From assembly GCA_964016885.1 (NCBI GenBank), contig CAXHJY010000401.1:62001-126000 (forward strand): a stretch of DNA of 64,000 nt, read 5' to 3'. Origin of the DNA: Eledone cirrhosa. Lineage: Eukaryota. Of this stretch, positions 14,808 through 28,494 are shown in pieces. Each line of letters begins with the position of its first letter. Positions within the stretch are counted from its first letter, which is position 1. The notes under the pieces are model-generated. The model saw nothing but the letters and a program-made list of their open reading frames with translations. It did no database searches and was not told the origin of the DNA. The position numbers were made by a program, and so were the translations under genes.

Positions 14808-14963
14808 TTCACATACACACATATATATAGGTAAGTTATTCCGGGTTGAATCGGAGGTAACCACAGTAAGTAAGGTACTCAATACATTGCAGAGTATAAA
14901 AGTTTTAATATAGATAAGCTTCTACAGGACTAGAACTGTTTAATTCTTTAGAAATCATCAGGA

Positions 14964-15010
14964 ATCCCTGATGATATCTAAAGAATGAAACAGTTCTAGT
15001 CCTGTAGGAT
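14964..15010 (+). ncRNA. Type I hammerhead ribozyme motif, family Q
   Basis: AUCC CUGAUGA(14968-74) uauc-uaaa-gaau GAAA CAG-uucuaguc-CUG UA^ GGAU, predicted cut after 15006. The mirror copy on the minus strand (14916-14967) has GAAA changed to UAAA. Confidence 0.72.
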
Positions 15011-15014
15011 CTCA

Positions 15015-15073
<59 letters not shown>

Positions 15074-15074
15074 T

Positions 15075-15263
15075 ATAGGAACAAGTTTGACTATTTATTT
15101 ACCAGGCTAAAAATTCTTACTTAGTCCAGAATTAGCCGTCGAAACGGCTTGAGCTCTGCCGTCGGGGTCATACTTGTTCCTATTACCCACTCTACTACAC
15201 TAAGTATTGAGTACTTTGGTGCGTTATGGTACATCTGGTTCCTTACCACTCTTCCTTCGTTAT
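15075..15263 (+). mobile_element. Family S element
   Basis: gtcGAAACGGC-ttgagctct-GCCGTC ggggtc...tattgagtactttggtgcgttatgg...ccttcgtta, flanked by TA-rich tracts. Confidence 0.8.
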
Positions 15264-15746
15264 ATTTATTATATATATATATATTTATTATATATATATA
15301 TTTATTATATATATATAAATATATTTATTATATATATATATATTTATTATATATATATATTTATTATACATATATATTTATATATATATATATATATATA
15401 TACATTCATATATATATATACACGAAATTTCTATACATATTTGTATAACGCTATGCTTCTATAGATTACTATATATGTGTATACATATATATATATATAT
15501 ATAAATGTACATATATATGTATACACATACATATATATACACACACATATATATATACACACATATATATATATACACACACATATATATATACACATAT
15601 ATATATATACACACACATATATATACGTATATATATATATATATATATTTCTGTAGAAAAGGTAAAGGAAAAAGAGTGCTGTATATATAGTACAGAACCA
15701 TTTAATTACATAATAAACAACACAATATAATTATCCAAAACATAAC

Positions 15747-15820
15747 TATTTCATCTGATGAGCGTACTAGACGTTTCTGTTCGGATCGTCTAGCTTCCTG
15801 AAACCTTTGGTAATGGAATA
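15747..15820 (+). ncRNA. Type I hammerhead ribozyme motif, family P
   Basis: UAUUUCAU CUGAUGA(15755-61) [cuagacg/cgucuag stem II] GAAA CC-uuu-GG UA^ AUGGAAUA. 8-bp stem I; cut after 15812; lies inside fold-back 15650-15850. Confidence 0.85.
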
Positions 15821-15855
15821 ATTATATTGTTTTGTTTATTATGTAATTAAATATT

Positions 15856-15891
<36 letters not shown>

Positions 15892-15894
<3 letters not shown>

Positions 15895-16050
15895 CGAAGG
15901 AAATGAGGTAAGGAACCAGGTGGACCATAACGCACCAAAGTACTCAATACTTAGGGTAGTAGAGTGGGTAATAGGAACCAGTAAGACCCCGACGGCTGAG
16001 CTCAAGTCGAAACGGCTTGTGCTCAGCCGTCGGGGTCTTACTGGTTCCTG
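15892..16050 (-). mobile_element. Family S element with terminal fold-back
   Basis: Reverse complement of the S body, with inverted arms aggaaccagtaagaccccgacggctgagc / gctcagccgtcggggtcttactggttcct. Confidence 0.85.
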
Positions 16051-16972
<922 letters not shown>

Positions 16973-17072
16973 AGTATTGAAGTTTCCGTTGAAAATTGTA
17001 TATATATATATTTTTTTGCCCGTTTAACTTTTGCCTTTCTTGAGGAGATTTTTCAAATATTTCCCTGTTTTA

Positions 17073-17150
17073 AATTGCCTTGTCTGACGAACGAATGAGT
17101 ACGTTTCTTGTATTCGTCTTATTCGGGAAACCTCTGGTAATGAGGTAATT
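17073..17150 (+). ncRNA. Type I hammerhead ribozyme motif, family P
   Basis: AAUUGCCUUGU CUGACGA(17084-90) [cgaaugag/cuuauucg stem II] GAAA CC-ucu-GG UA^ AUGAGGUAAUU. 11-bp stem I whose sequence differs from the 15747 copy; cut after 17139. Confidence 0.85.
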
Positions 17151-17439
17151 ATATTGTATTGTTTATTATACATTATATATATATAGATATATACACAGCA
17201 AAGATATAGATCGAAAAATATTATATCGATCAAGTTATACCATAAACAGCTGAATGAACATTAATGGTTAAAAAGCAGAACTTCACAGCGCCATTGAAAA
17301 TATTATCTAGATAAAAATAATACTTAGTGAAACAACATGGAGAGATATTCAAACATATTTAAAGGTAGATATAATTCTAATTATATTATAGTTAGTAAAT
17401 TCTATGATTTATGTGTGTGTGTGTGTGTGTAAGTGTAAC

Positions 17440-17575
17440 AATTTAATATAGAAATGACTCCTACAGGACTAGAACTGATCTAGTCCTGTAGTAGCAATTT
17501 CTATATTAAATATTTATACTCTGCTATGTATTGAGTACCTTATTTACTGTGGTTACCCCCGTTATCACTCGGGAT
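17440..17575 (+). mobile_element. Family Q element folded back inside stem III
   Basis: ctacaggactag aactgat ctagtcctgtag with outer arms tttaatatagaaat / atttctatattaaa, followed by the Q tail. Confidence 0.75.
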
Positions 17576-17729
17576 CTATCTGTCTACACACACACACACA
17601 CACACACACATATTTTTAAAAAAGGAAAAGAATAACTTCATTTGCGGTTCTAAACAATTTGATTTCATTTTATAATATGATTTTACAATTTGGTTTGATA
17701 AACATTTGATAAACGTTGATTGCCAAATA

Positions 17730-17814
17730 AATTAACTATGGAGATATAAAAGATACAGAAGCGAAAACCAACCAAACAGTGAGTGTGTTCTGTTATTATT
17801 TCTGACAATATTAT

Positions 17815-17822
<8 letters not shown>
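17730..17822 (-). repeat. Family V dispersed repeat (also 31190-31445 split by a SINE, and 44365-44476)
   Basis: cagaaataataacagaacacactcactgtttggttggttttcgcttctgtatcttttatatctccatagttaa is near-identical to 44404-44476. Confidence 0.75.
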
Positions 17823-17875
<53 letters not shown>

Positions 17876-17879
<4 letters not shown>

Positions 17880-18097
17880 CAGAAGGGATATTCAATTTGT
17901 TGGTAATTCAACAAATATAAATGTTTATAACTGATTCAGAGCACTCAACAAGTTTTTCTGGAGTATAATATACAATGGTATTAAATAAATGGAAACTATA
18001 TTTATAAAATCATATTTATTCTATTATTGAAATATATATAATAGAATAAATATGGTTTTATAAATATAGTTTCCATTTATTTAATACCATTGTGTAT
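17876..18097. mobile_element. Family R fold-back element
   Basis: Inverted arms ~17970-18027 and ~18040-18097 meeting at GAAATATATATA. Confidence 0.75.
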
Positions 18098-18176
18098 ATA
18101 TATATATAAATATAAATATATGTGTTAGGTAATTCCGAAGGAAAAGCGAAGGAGTAAAGAGTGCTCTATGTATAGA

Positions 18177-18254
18177 AACATCTCTGTCTGACGAACGATC
18201 CAGACGTATATTATTATTATCTGAGATCCAGAAACCTTTGGTAATGGAGTTGTT
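18177..18254 (+). ncRNA. Type I hammerhead ribozyme motif, family P
   Basis: AACAuCUCUGU CUGACGA(18188-94) [gauc.caga/ucug.gauc stem II] GAAA CC-uuu-GG UA^ AUGGAGuUGUU; cut after 18243. Confidence 0.8.
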
Positions 18255-18284
18255 ATATTTTGTGTTGTTCAATTTTTAATTAAT

Positions 18285-18331
<47 letters not shown>

Positions 18332-18520
18332 ACATCGTATCTGCAACCGGGACATGCGAACTTACGAAGCACTGAGGGAATGTATAGAGGGTGTAGGGTT
18401 GCTAAAGTGCAGTAAATAACTGCAGTGACAGTCAGTTGTTAGCTTATAAAGTTTGAGTGACCTTTAGAGACGGAAAAAGAGGTTGACAGCGTTCGCTACG
18501 AAAAATCGAACACCGTAATA

Positions 18521-18567
<47 letters not shown>

Positions 18568-18773
18568 GCACATACATATATACGTAAATAAGTACATATA
18601 TATATGTATATATATATATATGTGTGTATGTATATATATTATATATATAGTGAAAAATTGAACGGGAACAAAACAGAGAGGCAGTACGAACAAAGGTTTA
18701 TTAGTTTCACGCTCTTGAGAGTGGGAGGGTGGTGGTGGTATATGTATATATATATATATATATATATACATAA

Positions 18774-18828
<55 letters not shown>

Positions 18829-18881
18829 TAGGTACATAAGTATATGTGTATATATATATATATGTTCATCTAATTATAGAA

Positions 18882-18937
18882 ATGACTTTTACAGAACTAG
18901 AACTGTTTCATTCGTATGAAATCATCAGGAAATTACT
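18882..18937 (-). ncRNA. Hammerhead motif, family Q (intact core, weak stem I)
   Basis: Minus strand: aauuuc CUGAUGA uuuc-auac-gaau GAAA CAG-uucuaguu-CUG UA aaaguc. Left arm of fold-back 18875-19065. Confidence 0.6.
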
Positions 18938-19193
18938 AATTATTTCTTACAAGTGAAACAGTTTTAGTCCTGTAAAATTCATTTCTTTTATAAAATGAAT
19001 ATATATGTATATATACTCTATTAACGTATTGAGTACCTTTTCTTGGTGGTGGTTGCCTCCCGATTTTCATCAACATCTTACACACACACAAATATATATG
19101 TATATATATATATATATATCATTTGTATATATATATATATAAATGATGTATATATATATATATTTATATATATCATATATATATATATATATT

Positions 19194-19234
<41 letters not shown>

Positions 19235-19899
19235 TCATATATATATATATATTATATAAATACATACATATATATATATATATCATATATATATATATAT
19301 ATATTATATAAATACATACATATTATATAAATACATACATATATATATATATATCATATATATATATATATATATATTATATAAATACATACATATTATA
19401 TAAATACATACATATATATATATTATATAAATATATATGTATATATATATTATATACATACATATATTATATATATATATATCATATATATTATATATAT
19501 TATATATATATTATATAAATACATTTATATATATATATTATATAAATACATGCATATATATATATATTATATAAATACATGCATATATATATATATTATA
19601 TACATACATGCATATATATATATATATTATATACATACATGCATATATATATATATATTATATAAATATACATATATATATATTATATAAATACATGCAT
19701 ATATATATATACATACGCACTCAACGTAATTCATGTTACTGGGCAATTCTTTAACCGAAATTTCAATTATTTAATCCTACTTTTTTTTTTTCGGGATAAT
19801 ACTTTTATCTATCTCAATCCCACAATCTGTAGAACTGATAGGAAATCATTGTTTCCCAGTTATTTTGGGTCCCGAACCACCTAGGACCCCTCTTACTGA

Positions 19900-20875
19900 G
19901 GTTTTCGTTTAAAGTGTTTATATATTTATATCTAAAATATATATTTACATCTAAAACCCTTCCATCATAATTTTACGTAAGAATCGTTGTTCTCCAAACA
20001 TTATATAACTAAATTTGAGTTCAAATCCCGCCGAGGTTAACTTTGCCTTTCATCCTTACGGGGTCGATAAAATAAAGTACCAGTAATACACTGAGTTATT
20101 GCTGGCCTTGTGCCTAAAAGTAGAAACAATTATATAACTAAATCTCGTAATTTTTTTGATTATTTTGGAAATCATTTGAAAATTATTGGTAGTGTCTTTC
20201 ATTTGAAATATTGTAACGAGTTATTAAAAACCTTTTTCTCATAAATGTATCCAAGAACGTTAGTTAATTATGTACCAAAGACTAGCCTAATAATGGTAAA
20301 GTTAATTATGTTATTAAATCTCTCCAAATTGTTGATTATTTTCAAAATTATTTGAAAACCATAGGTAGTGTCTTTCATTAAAAATATAGGAACTAAACGG
20401 CTAAATTGTTTATATTTATCTAAAAACCTTTTCTCGTGATTTTATGTAAGAACTTTTGTTAAGTTATGTTCCGAACACCAGATAAATAATTGTTTCTACT
20501 TTTGGCACAAGGCCAGCTATTACCCCAGAGTATTACTGGTACTTTATTTTATCGACCCCGTAAGGATGAAAGGCAAGATAAATAATTGTTTCTACTTTTG
20601 GCACGGGGCCAGCAATTAAACAGTGTATTACTGGTACTTTATTTTATCGACCCCGTAAGGATGAAAGGCAAAGTTAACCTCGGTGGGATTTGAACTCAGA
20701 ATGGCAAGGGCCGTAAGTCCATGCTGGAAAGCATGGCGTCCGACCCTCTACCGATACTGTCAATCCATAATGATGGTTTGTTATATGACTAAATACTCCA
20801 AATTCTTGATTATTTTCAAACTTATTTGAAAATCACAGACAGTGTCATTAGAAATATGGTAATGAAAGTGTTGAT
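19900..20875 (-). repeat. Diverged AT-rich ~190-bp tandem family interrupted by SINE A copies (20015-20132 +, 20485-20577 -, 20581-20768 -)
   Basis: gtaagaacttttgttaagttatgttccgaacaccag is the reverse complement of the units at 25970-26720. Confidence 0.7.
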
Positions 20876-20984
20876 ACCTGATACGATAAACAGATACATC
20901 TTACAAACATCACCACTAACTTTGTCCCCCTCTACATTGTCCCCCTCTACATTGTTTATTTTTTAATTTAATGGTATTTAAATA

Positions 20985-21445
20985 AAGTCTGACTTACCGT
21001 TACTTTTTAGCTAAATGTGTAACATATTTTCATAGATCTGTCATTTCTTTACACATCACTATTTTTTTTACAAACTAAACGGGTGACTATTTTTTCTATG
21101 ACATATTTTCCTAGCCGTATAACATCTTTTCCTGTGATATTTTTTTCCTAGTCAAAAGTGTGACTTATATTCCTATGACATTTTCCCTAGTCAAACGTGT
21201 AACATTATATACCTGCGACATTTTTCCTAGTCAAAAGTGTAACATGATATACCTGCGATTTTTTTCCTAGTCAAAAGTGTGACTTATATCCTGCCTCTTG
21301 TCTCGTAAACAAAAGTGTGACTTCTATTCCGTGTCACCTTTTTCCTAGCCTAAAGTGTGACTTCTTTTTCCTAGCCTAAAGTGTGACTTCTTTTTCCTAG
21401 CCTAAAGTGTGACTTCTTTTCCTGAGACAAAATTCTGTGAGTTTT
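20985..21445. repeat. Degenerate tandem array of aaagtgtgactt...ttttcctag units (24-40 bp)
   Basis: Ten or more recurrences of gtgtgac/gtgtaac and tttcctag; exact 24-bp copies at ~21340-21423. Confidence 0.75.
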
Positions 21446-21750
21446 GTAGTTTAACTGCTATAAATTAATATTTTGTTCCCCGTCCCTCATCTCCACTGGA
21501 CAGTGTTTGGCTTGTATCAGACTCTGTGACCCCAGGTTGACCAGCATTTCCGTTGGTAGGGGTCGAAACTGCCCAAGCCCAACCCAACGGCAGATGACCC
21601 TGGAGTTCTGTATCCATTTGTTTTTTTTTTTGTTTTTTTAAATAATTTTTTAAGGTTTCCTCTTAAAAAATGGTTTTGTTTTGCTTCCGTCCATTGTCTT
21701 GTTCTCTCTTTGTTAATATTCTGAAGTTTATACATATATATATATATATG

Positions 21751-21795
<45 letters not shown>

Positions 21796-22207
21796 GTGTG
21801 TGTATACTTGCATGTGTGTGTACGGATGTGTGAGAATATGTGGATGTGGATTTGTGAATGTACTTAGACTTGTTCTTATACATGGGTACACGTTTGCGGG
21901 TGTGTACATTAATATATATATATACACATTCATACATATATAGATACACACATCCATACATATATATATACACATTCACACATACACACACATATATATA
22001 TGTATATAGACTCATATAGCACACTGTTCTATTGTGTGTGAGTGTGTGTGAGAGAGAGAGAGATTACCTGTAGAAGTACTTATCCTGTCTCACTCTGTCG
22101 TTAAATATGTTTATACACTGTTACTCACCATATCTTAATATTATTGTTATGTTGGAGATACACTTGGCTCTACACAGCTAAATAAACTAGGCTCTCTCTC
22201 TTGTTCT

Positions 22208-25200
22208 GCTGGCCAGGCTGGGGCACTGCCCTGATGGCTGTCACACACTACACTGTGGCCAGGCTGTGGCACTGCCCTGATGGCTGTCACACACTACACT
22301 GTGGCCAGGCTGGGGCACTGCCCTGATGGCTGTCACACACTACACTGTGGCCAGGCTGGGGCACTGCCCTGATGGCTGTCACACACTACACTGTGGCCAG
22401 GCTGGGGCACTGCCTTGATGGCTGTCACACACTACACTGTGGCCAGGCTAGGGCACTGCCTTGATGGCTGTCACACACTACACTGTGGCCAGGCTAGGGC
22501 ACTGCCCTGATGGCTGTCACACACTACACTGTGTCCAGGCTGGGGCACTGCCCTGATGGCTGTCACACACTACACTGTGGCCAGGCTAGGGCACTGCCCT
22601 GATGGCTGTCACACACTACAATGTGGCCAGGCTGGGGCACTGCCTTGATGGCTGTCACACACTACAATGTGGCCAGGCTAGGGCACTGCCCTGATGGCTG
22701 TCACACACTACAATGTGGCCAGGCTAGGGCACTGTCCTGATGGCTGTCACACACTACAATGTGGCCAGGCTAGGGCACTGTCCTGATGGCTGTCACACAC
22801 TACAATGTGGCCAGGCTGGGGCACTGCCCTGATGGCTGTCACACACTACAATGTGGCCAGGCTAGGGCACTGCCCTGATGGCTGTCACACACTACACTGT
22901 GGCCAGGCTAGGGCACTGCCTTGATGGCTGTCACACACTACACTGTGGCCAGGCTAGGGCACTGCCTTGATGGCTGTCACACACTACACTGGGGCCAGGC
23001 TGGGGCACTGCCTTGATGGCTGTCACACACTACACTGTGGCCAGGCTAGGGCACTGCCTTGATGGCTGTCACACACTACACTGGGGCCAGGCTGGGGCAC
23101 TGCCTTGATGGCTGTCACACACTACACTGGGGCACTGCCTTGATGGCTGTCACACACTACACTGTGGCCAGGCTGGGGCACTGCCTTGATGGCTGTCACA
23201 CACTACACTGTGGCCAGGCTGGGGCACTGCCTTGATGGCTGTCACACACTACACTGTGGCCAGGCTAGGGCAATGCCTTGATGGCTGTCACACACTACAC
23301 TGTGGCCAGGCTAGGGCACTGCCTTGATGGCTGTCACACACTACACTGTGGCCAGGCTAGGGCACTGCCCTGATGGCTGTCACACACTACACTGTGGCCA
23401 GGCTGGGGCACTGCCTTGATGGCTGTCACACACTACACTGTGGCCAGGCTGGGGCACTGCCCTGATGGCTGTCACACACTACACTGTGGCCAGGCTAGGG
23501 CACTGCCTTGATGGCTGTCACACACTACACTGTGGCCAGGCTGGGGCACTGCCTTGATGGCTGTCACACACTACACTGTGGCCAGGCTAGGGCACTGCCT
23601 TGATGGCTGTCACACACTACACTGTGGCCAGGCTGGGGCACTGCCTTGATGGCTGTCACACACTACACTGTGGCCAGGCTGGGGCACTGCCTTGATGGCT
23701 GTCACACACTACACTGTGGCCAGGCTAGGGCACTGCCTTGATGGCTGTCACACACTACACTGTGGCCAGGCTAGGGCACTGCCTTGATGGCTGTCACACA
23801 CTACACTGTGGCCAGGCTAGGGCACTGCCCTGATGGCTGTCACACACTACACTGTGGCCAGGCTGGGGCACTGCCTTGATGGCTGTCACACACTACACTG
23901 TGGCCAGGCTGGGGCACTGCCTTGATGGCTGTCACACACTACACTGTGGCCAGGCTGGGGCACTGCCCTGATGGCTGTCACACACTACACTGTGGCCAGG
24001 CTAGGGCACTGCCTTGATGGCTGTCACACACTACACTGTGGCCAGGCTGGGGCACTGCCTTGATGGCTGTCACACACTACACTGTGGCCAGGCTGGGGCA
24101 CTGCCTTGATGGCTGTCACACACTACACTGTGGCCAGGCTAGGGCACTGCCTTGATGGCTGTCACACACTACACTGTGGCCAGGCTGGGGCACTGCCTTG
24201 ATGGCTGTCACACACTACACTGTGGCCAGGCTGGGGCACTGCCTTGATGGCTGTCACACACTACACTGTGGCCAGGCTGGGGCACTGCCTTGATGGCTGT
24301 CACACACTACACTGTGGCCAGGCTGGGGCACTGCCTTGATGGGTGTCTGACACTACACTGTGGCCAGGCTAGGGCACTGCCTTGATGGCTGTCACACACT
24401 ACACTGTGGCCAGGCTGGGGCACTGCCTTGATGGCTGTCACACACTACACTGTGGCCAGGCTGGGGCACTGCCTTGATGGGTGTCTGACACTACACTGTG
24501 GCCAGGCTAGGGCACTGCCTTGATGGCTGTCACACACTACACTGGGGCACTGCCTTGATGGCTGTCACACACTACACTGGGGCTCTGCCCTGATGGCTGT
24601 CACACACTACACTGGGGCACTGCCCTGATGGCTGTCACACACTACACTGGGGCACTGCCTTGATGGGTGTCTGACACTACACTGTGGCCAGGCTAGGGCA
24701 CTGCCTTGATGGCTGTCACACACTACACTGGGGCACTGCCTTGATGGCTGTCACACACTACACTGGGGCACTGCCTTGATGGCTGTCACACACTACACTG
24801 TGGCACTGCCTTGATGGCTGTCACACACTACACTGTGGCACTGCCTTGATGGCTGTCACACACTACACTGTGGCACTGCCTTGATGGCTGTCACACACTA
24901 CACTGTGGCCAGGCTGGGGCACTGCCTTGATGGCTGTCACACATTAGACTGTGGCCATGCTGGGGCACTGCCTTGATAGCTGTCACACACTACACTGGGG
25001 CACTGCCTTGGTGGCTGTCACACATTAGACTGTGGCCATGCTGGGGCACTGCCTTGATGGCTGTCACACATTAGACTGTGGCCATGCTGGGGCACTGCCT
25101 TGATAGCTGTCACACACTAGACTGTGGCCATGCTGGGGCACTGCCTGGTAGGGTGTCAGTTATTAGACTGTGGCCATGCTGGGGCACTGCTTTGATGGCT

Positions 25201-25605
25201 GTCAGACACTAGACCGTGGCCATGCTGTGGCACTGCCTGGTAGGGTGTCAGTTATTAGACTGTGGCCATGCTGGGGCACTGATTTGATGGCTGTCAGACA
25301 CTAGACCGTGGCCATGCTGTGGCACTGCCTGGTAGGGTGTCAGTTATTAGACTGTGGCCATGCTGGGGCACTGCTTTGATGGCTGTCAGACACTAGACCG
25401 TGGCCATGCTGGGGTACTGCCTGGTAGGGTGTCAGTTATTAGACTGTGGCCATGCTGGGGCACTGCTTTGATGGGTGTCTGACACTAGACTGTGGCCATG
25501 CTGGGGCACTGCTTTGATGGCTGTCAGACACTAGACCGTGGCCATGCTGTGGCACTGCCTTGATGGGTGTCAGACACTAGACTGTGGCCATGCTAGGGCA
25601 CTACC
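22208..25605. repeat. 46-bp GC-rich minisatellite, ~75 copies
   Basis: Unit ggccaggctggggcactgccYtgatggctgtcacacactacactgt, with 34-bp deletion variants and a diverged right end. Confidence 0.97.
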
Positions 25606-25679
25606 CTAAAGGGATTTACTCATGCATTAGTGTGACCCTCTGTGTGTGTGTGTGTGTGTGCCTGTGTATCTGTGTGACC

Positions 25680-25715
<36 letters not shown>

Positions 25716-25827
25716 CTGTGTATCTGTGTGACCCTCTGTGTGGTTGTGTTCATTAAGCAGTTAATGAGTTTATATATAGACTCAAGGTATTGTGTATATA
25801 TCAAATAAAGTTCCTGTCTCTGAATAT

Positions 25828-25953
25828 ACACCCTAACCCCTAAAGACACACCCTAACCCCTAAAGACACACCCTAACCCCTAAAGACACACCCTAACCCC
25901 TAAAGACACACCCTAACCACTAAACACACACTCTAACCACTAAACACACACCT
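25828..25953. repeat. 20-bp tandem repeat, ~6 copies
   Basis: ccctaacccctaaagacaca. Confidence 0.9.
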
Positions 25954-25969
25954 TTTCACAAACAGTAGG

Positions 25970-26720
25970 GCTTTAGTTATATAACTAATTTTTGTTTGGA
26001 ACATAACATTACAAAGGTTCTTAGATAAAATTATGATGTAAAGGTTTTAGATAAATATAAAGGCTTTAACCTATTCGTTTCTACGTTTCTATATAACAAA
26101 CGTTTTCGTTATTAAACTGGTGTTTGGAACATAACTTAACAAAGGTTCTTATATAAGATTGTAATATAAAGTCTTTAGATAAATATAAATGCTTTAACAT
26201 ATTCGTTTCTATACTTCTAATGAAGGGACACTGTGGAGAGTCTTAGTAATATCACTTTTTTTTTTTGTTAAATTGCTGCTTGGAACATAACTTAACAAAG
26301 GTTCTTACATAAAACTATAATGGAAGGTATTATAATTAACTTTCTCATTATTAAGTTGGTGTTCGGAATATAACTTAACAAAGGTTCTTACATAAAACTA
26401 TAATGGAAGGTATTATAATTAACTTTTTCATTATTAAGTTGGTGTTCGGAATATAACTTAACGAAGGTTCTTACATAAAACTATAATGGAAGGTTTTTTT
26501 TAGATAAATATTAACACTTTAACCCTTTCGTTACTAATTTCTTAACGAAAGACGCTCCCTATAATTTTTCAAATTACTTTGAGAATAATACAAAATGTTG
26601 AGAGTTTTAGTAATATGACTAACCTCGTCATTATTAAGTTAGTTTTTTAAACATAACCCAACAAAGGTTCTTACCTAAACGTATTGTAAGAAGATTTAAA
26701 TAAATATAAACACTTTTGGT
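25970..26720 (+). repeat. Diverged AT-rich tandem family including an ~83-bp near-perfect triplication (26280-26500)
   Basis: Recurrent ggaacataacttaacaaaggttctta; piggyBac-like ttaaccctttcg at ~26519. Confidence 0.75.
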
Positions 26721-26797
26721 ATATCATTCGTAGTAATGCGCATTCCTTATCAATTCTTTGTGTTTGGTTCAGAATAATAGCATGTCTAAATCTATAA

Positions 26798-27021
26798 CTA
26801 GAAAGGTAGGTAAAGTCTACCTTTGGACACCAATGACCATGAGTTTTACACCTAGAAAGGTAGGTAAAGTCTACCTTTGGACACCAATGACCATGAGTTT
26901 TACACCTAGAAAGGTAGGTAAAGTCTACCTTTGGACACCAATGACCATGAGTTTTACACCTAGAAAGGTAGGTAAAGTCTACCTTTGGACACCAATGACC
27001 ATGAGTTTTACATCTAGAAAG
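26798..27021. repeat. 54-bp tandem repeat x4 at the tail of SINE B
   Basis: ctagaaaggtaggtaaagtctacctttggacaccaatgaccatgagttttacac. Confidence 0.92.
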
Positions 27022-27211
27022 ATCTCATCCAAGGCACAAGTCTGGGCAAGGTTATTTGTGGAAGATCATTAGTCGCCCATACTTACCAGTCTCTCCCCTC
27101 TCTATACCAGTCTCTCCCCTCTCTATACCAGTCTCTCCCCTCTCTATACCAGCCATGATGTCCAAGGTGAAGGTAATGGCTCATACAGCTTGGCACCAGT
27201 GACATCACAAC

Positions 27212-28272
27212 TCTATATATACACCCTTTATACTCTATATATACACTTTATACTCTATATATACACCCTTTATACTCTATATATACACTTTATACTCTAT
27301 ATATACACTTTATAGTCTATATATACACTTTATATTCTATATATACACCCTTTATACTCTATATACACCCTTTATACTCTATATATACACTTTATATTCT
27401 ATATATACACTTTATATTCTATATATACACCCTTTATACTCTATATATACACTTTATACTCTATATATACACCCTTTATACTCTATATATACACTTTATA
27501 CTCTATATATACACCCTTTATACTCTATATATACACCCTTTATACTCTATATATACACTTTATACTCTATATATACACCCTTTATACTCTATATATACAC
27601 TCTATACTCTATATATACACTCTATACTCTATATATACACCCTCTATACTCTATATATATACTCTATATATACACTCTATACTCTATATATACACTCTAT
27701 ACTCTATATATACACCCTCTATACTCTATATATACACCCTATACTCTATATATACACCCTCTATACTCTATATATACACCCTATACTCTATATATACACC
27801 CTCTATACTCTCTATATACACTCTATACTCTACATATACACTATATACTCTCTATATACACTCTATACTCTACATATACACTATATACTCTCTATATACA
27901 CTCTATACACTATATATATATATACTCTATACACTACATATACACTATATACTCTATATATACACTATATACTCTATATATACACTATATACTCTCTATA
28001 TACACTATATACTCTCTATATACACTATATACACTATATACTCTATATATACACTATATACTCTCTATATACACTATATACTCTATATATACACTATATA
28101 CTCTACATATACACTATATACTCTATATATACACTATATACTCTATATATACACTATATACTCTCTATATACACTATATACTCTCTATATACACTATATA
28201 CTCTATATATACACTATATACTCTATATATACTCTATATATACACTATATACTCCATATATACACTATATAT
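27212..28272. repeat. (TATACTCTATATATACAC)-type minisatellite within a partly duplicated SINE B
   Basis: Both flanks carry tgtccaagg...tacagcttggcaccagtgac. Confidence 0.88.
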
Positions 28273-28460
28273 GGTGTTGTCCAAGGGAAAAGCAATGACC
28301 GCTACAGCTTGGCACCAGTGACGTCACAACTTATTTCTACAGCTGAGTGAACTGGAGCAACGTGAAATAATATCACTTGCTCAAAGACATAACACACCAC
28401 CCAGTCTGGGAATCGAACTCATAACCTCACGATTGCAAGCCCAACGCTCCAACCGCTACG
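28272..28460 (-). mobile_element. SINE family B (tRNA-derived head)
   Basis: Minus strand agcggttggagcgttgggcttgcaatcgtgaggttatgagttcgattccc is tRNA-like with a B box, followed by the tgagcaag...ttgctccagttcactcagctgtaga core. Confidence 0.82.
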
Positions 28461-28494
28461 TCTAACAATATATCGACATCATTATTTAATATTT

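Noticed and set aside
25828-25953. Telomeric CCCTAA repeats
   Set aside because: CCCTAA occurs only inside a 20-bp unit, not as a tandem hexamer tract.
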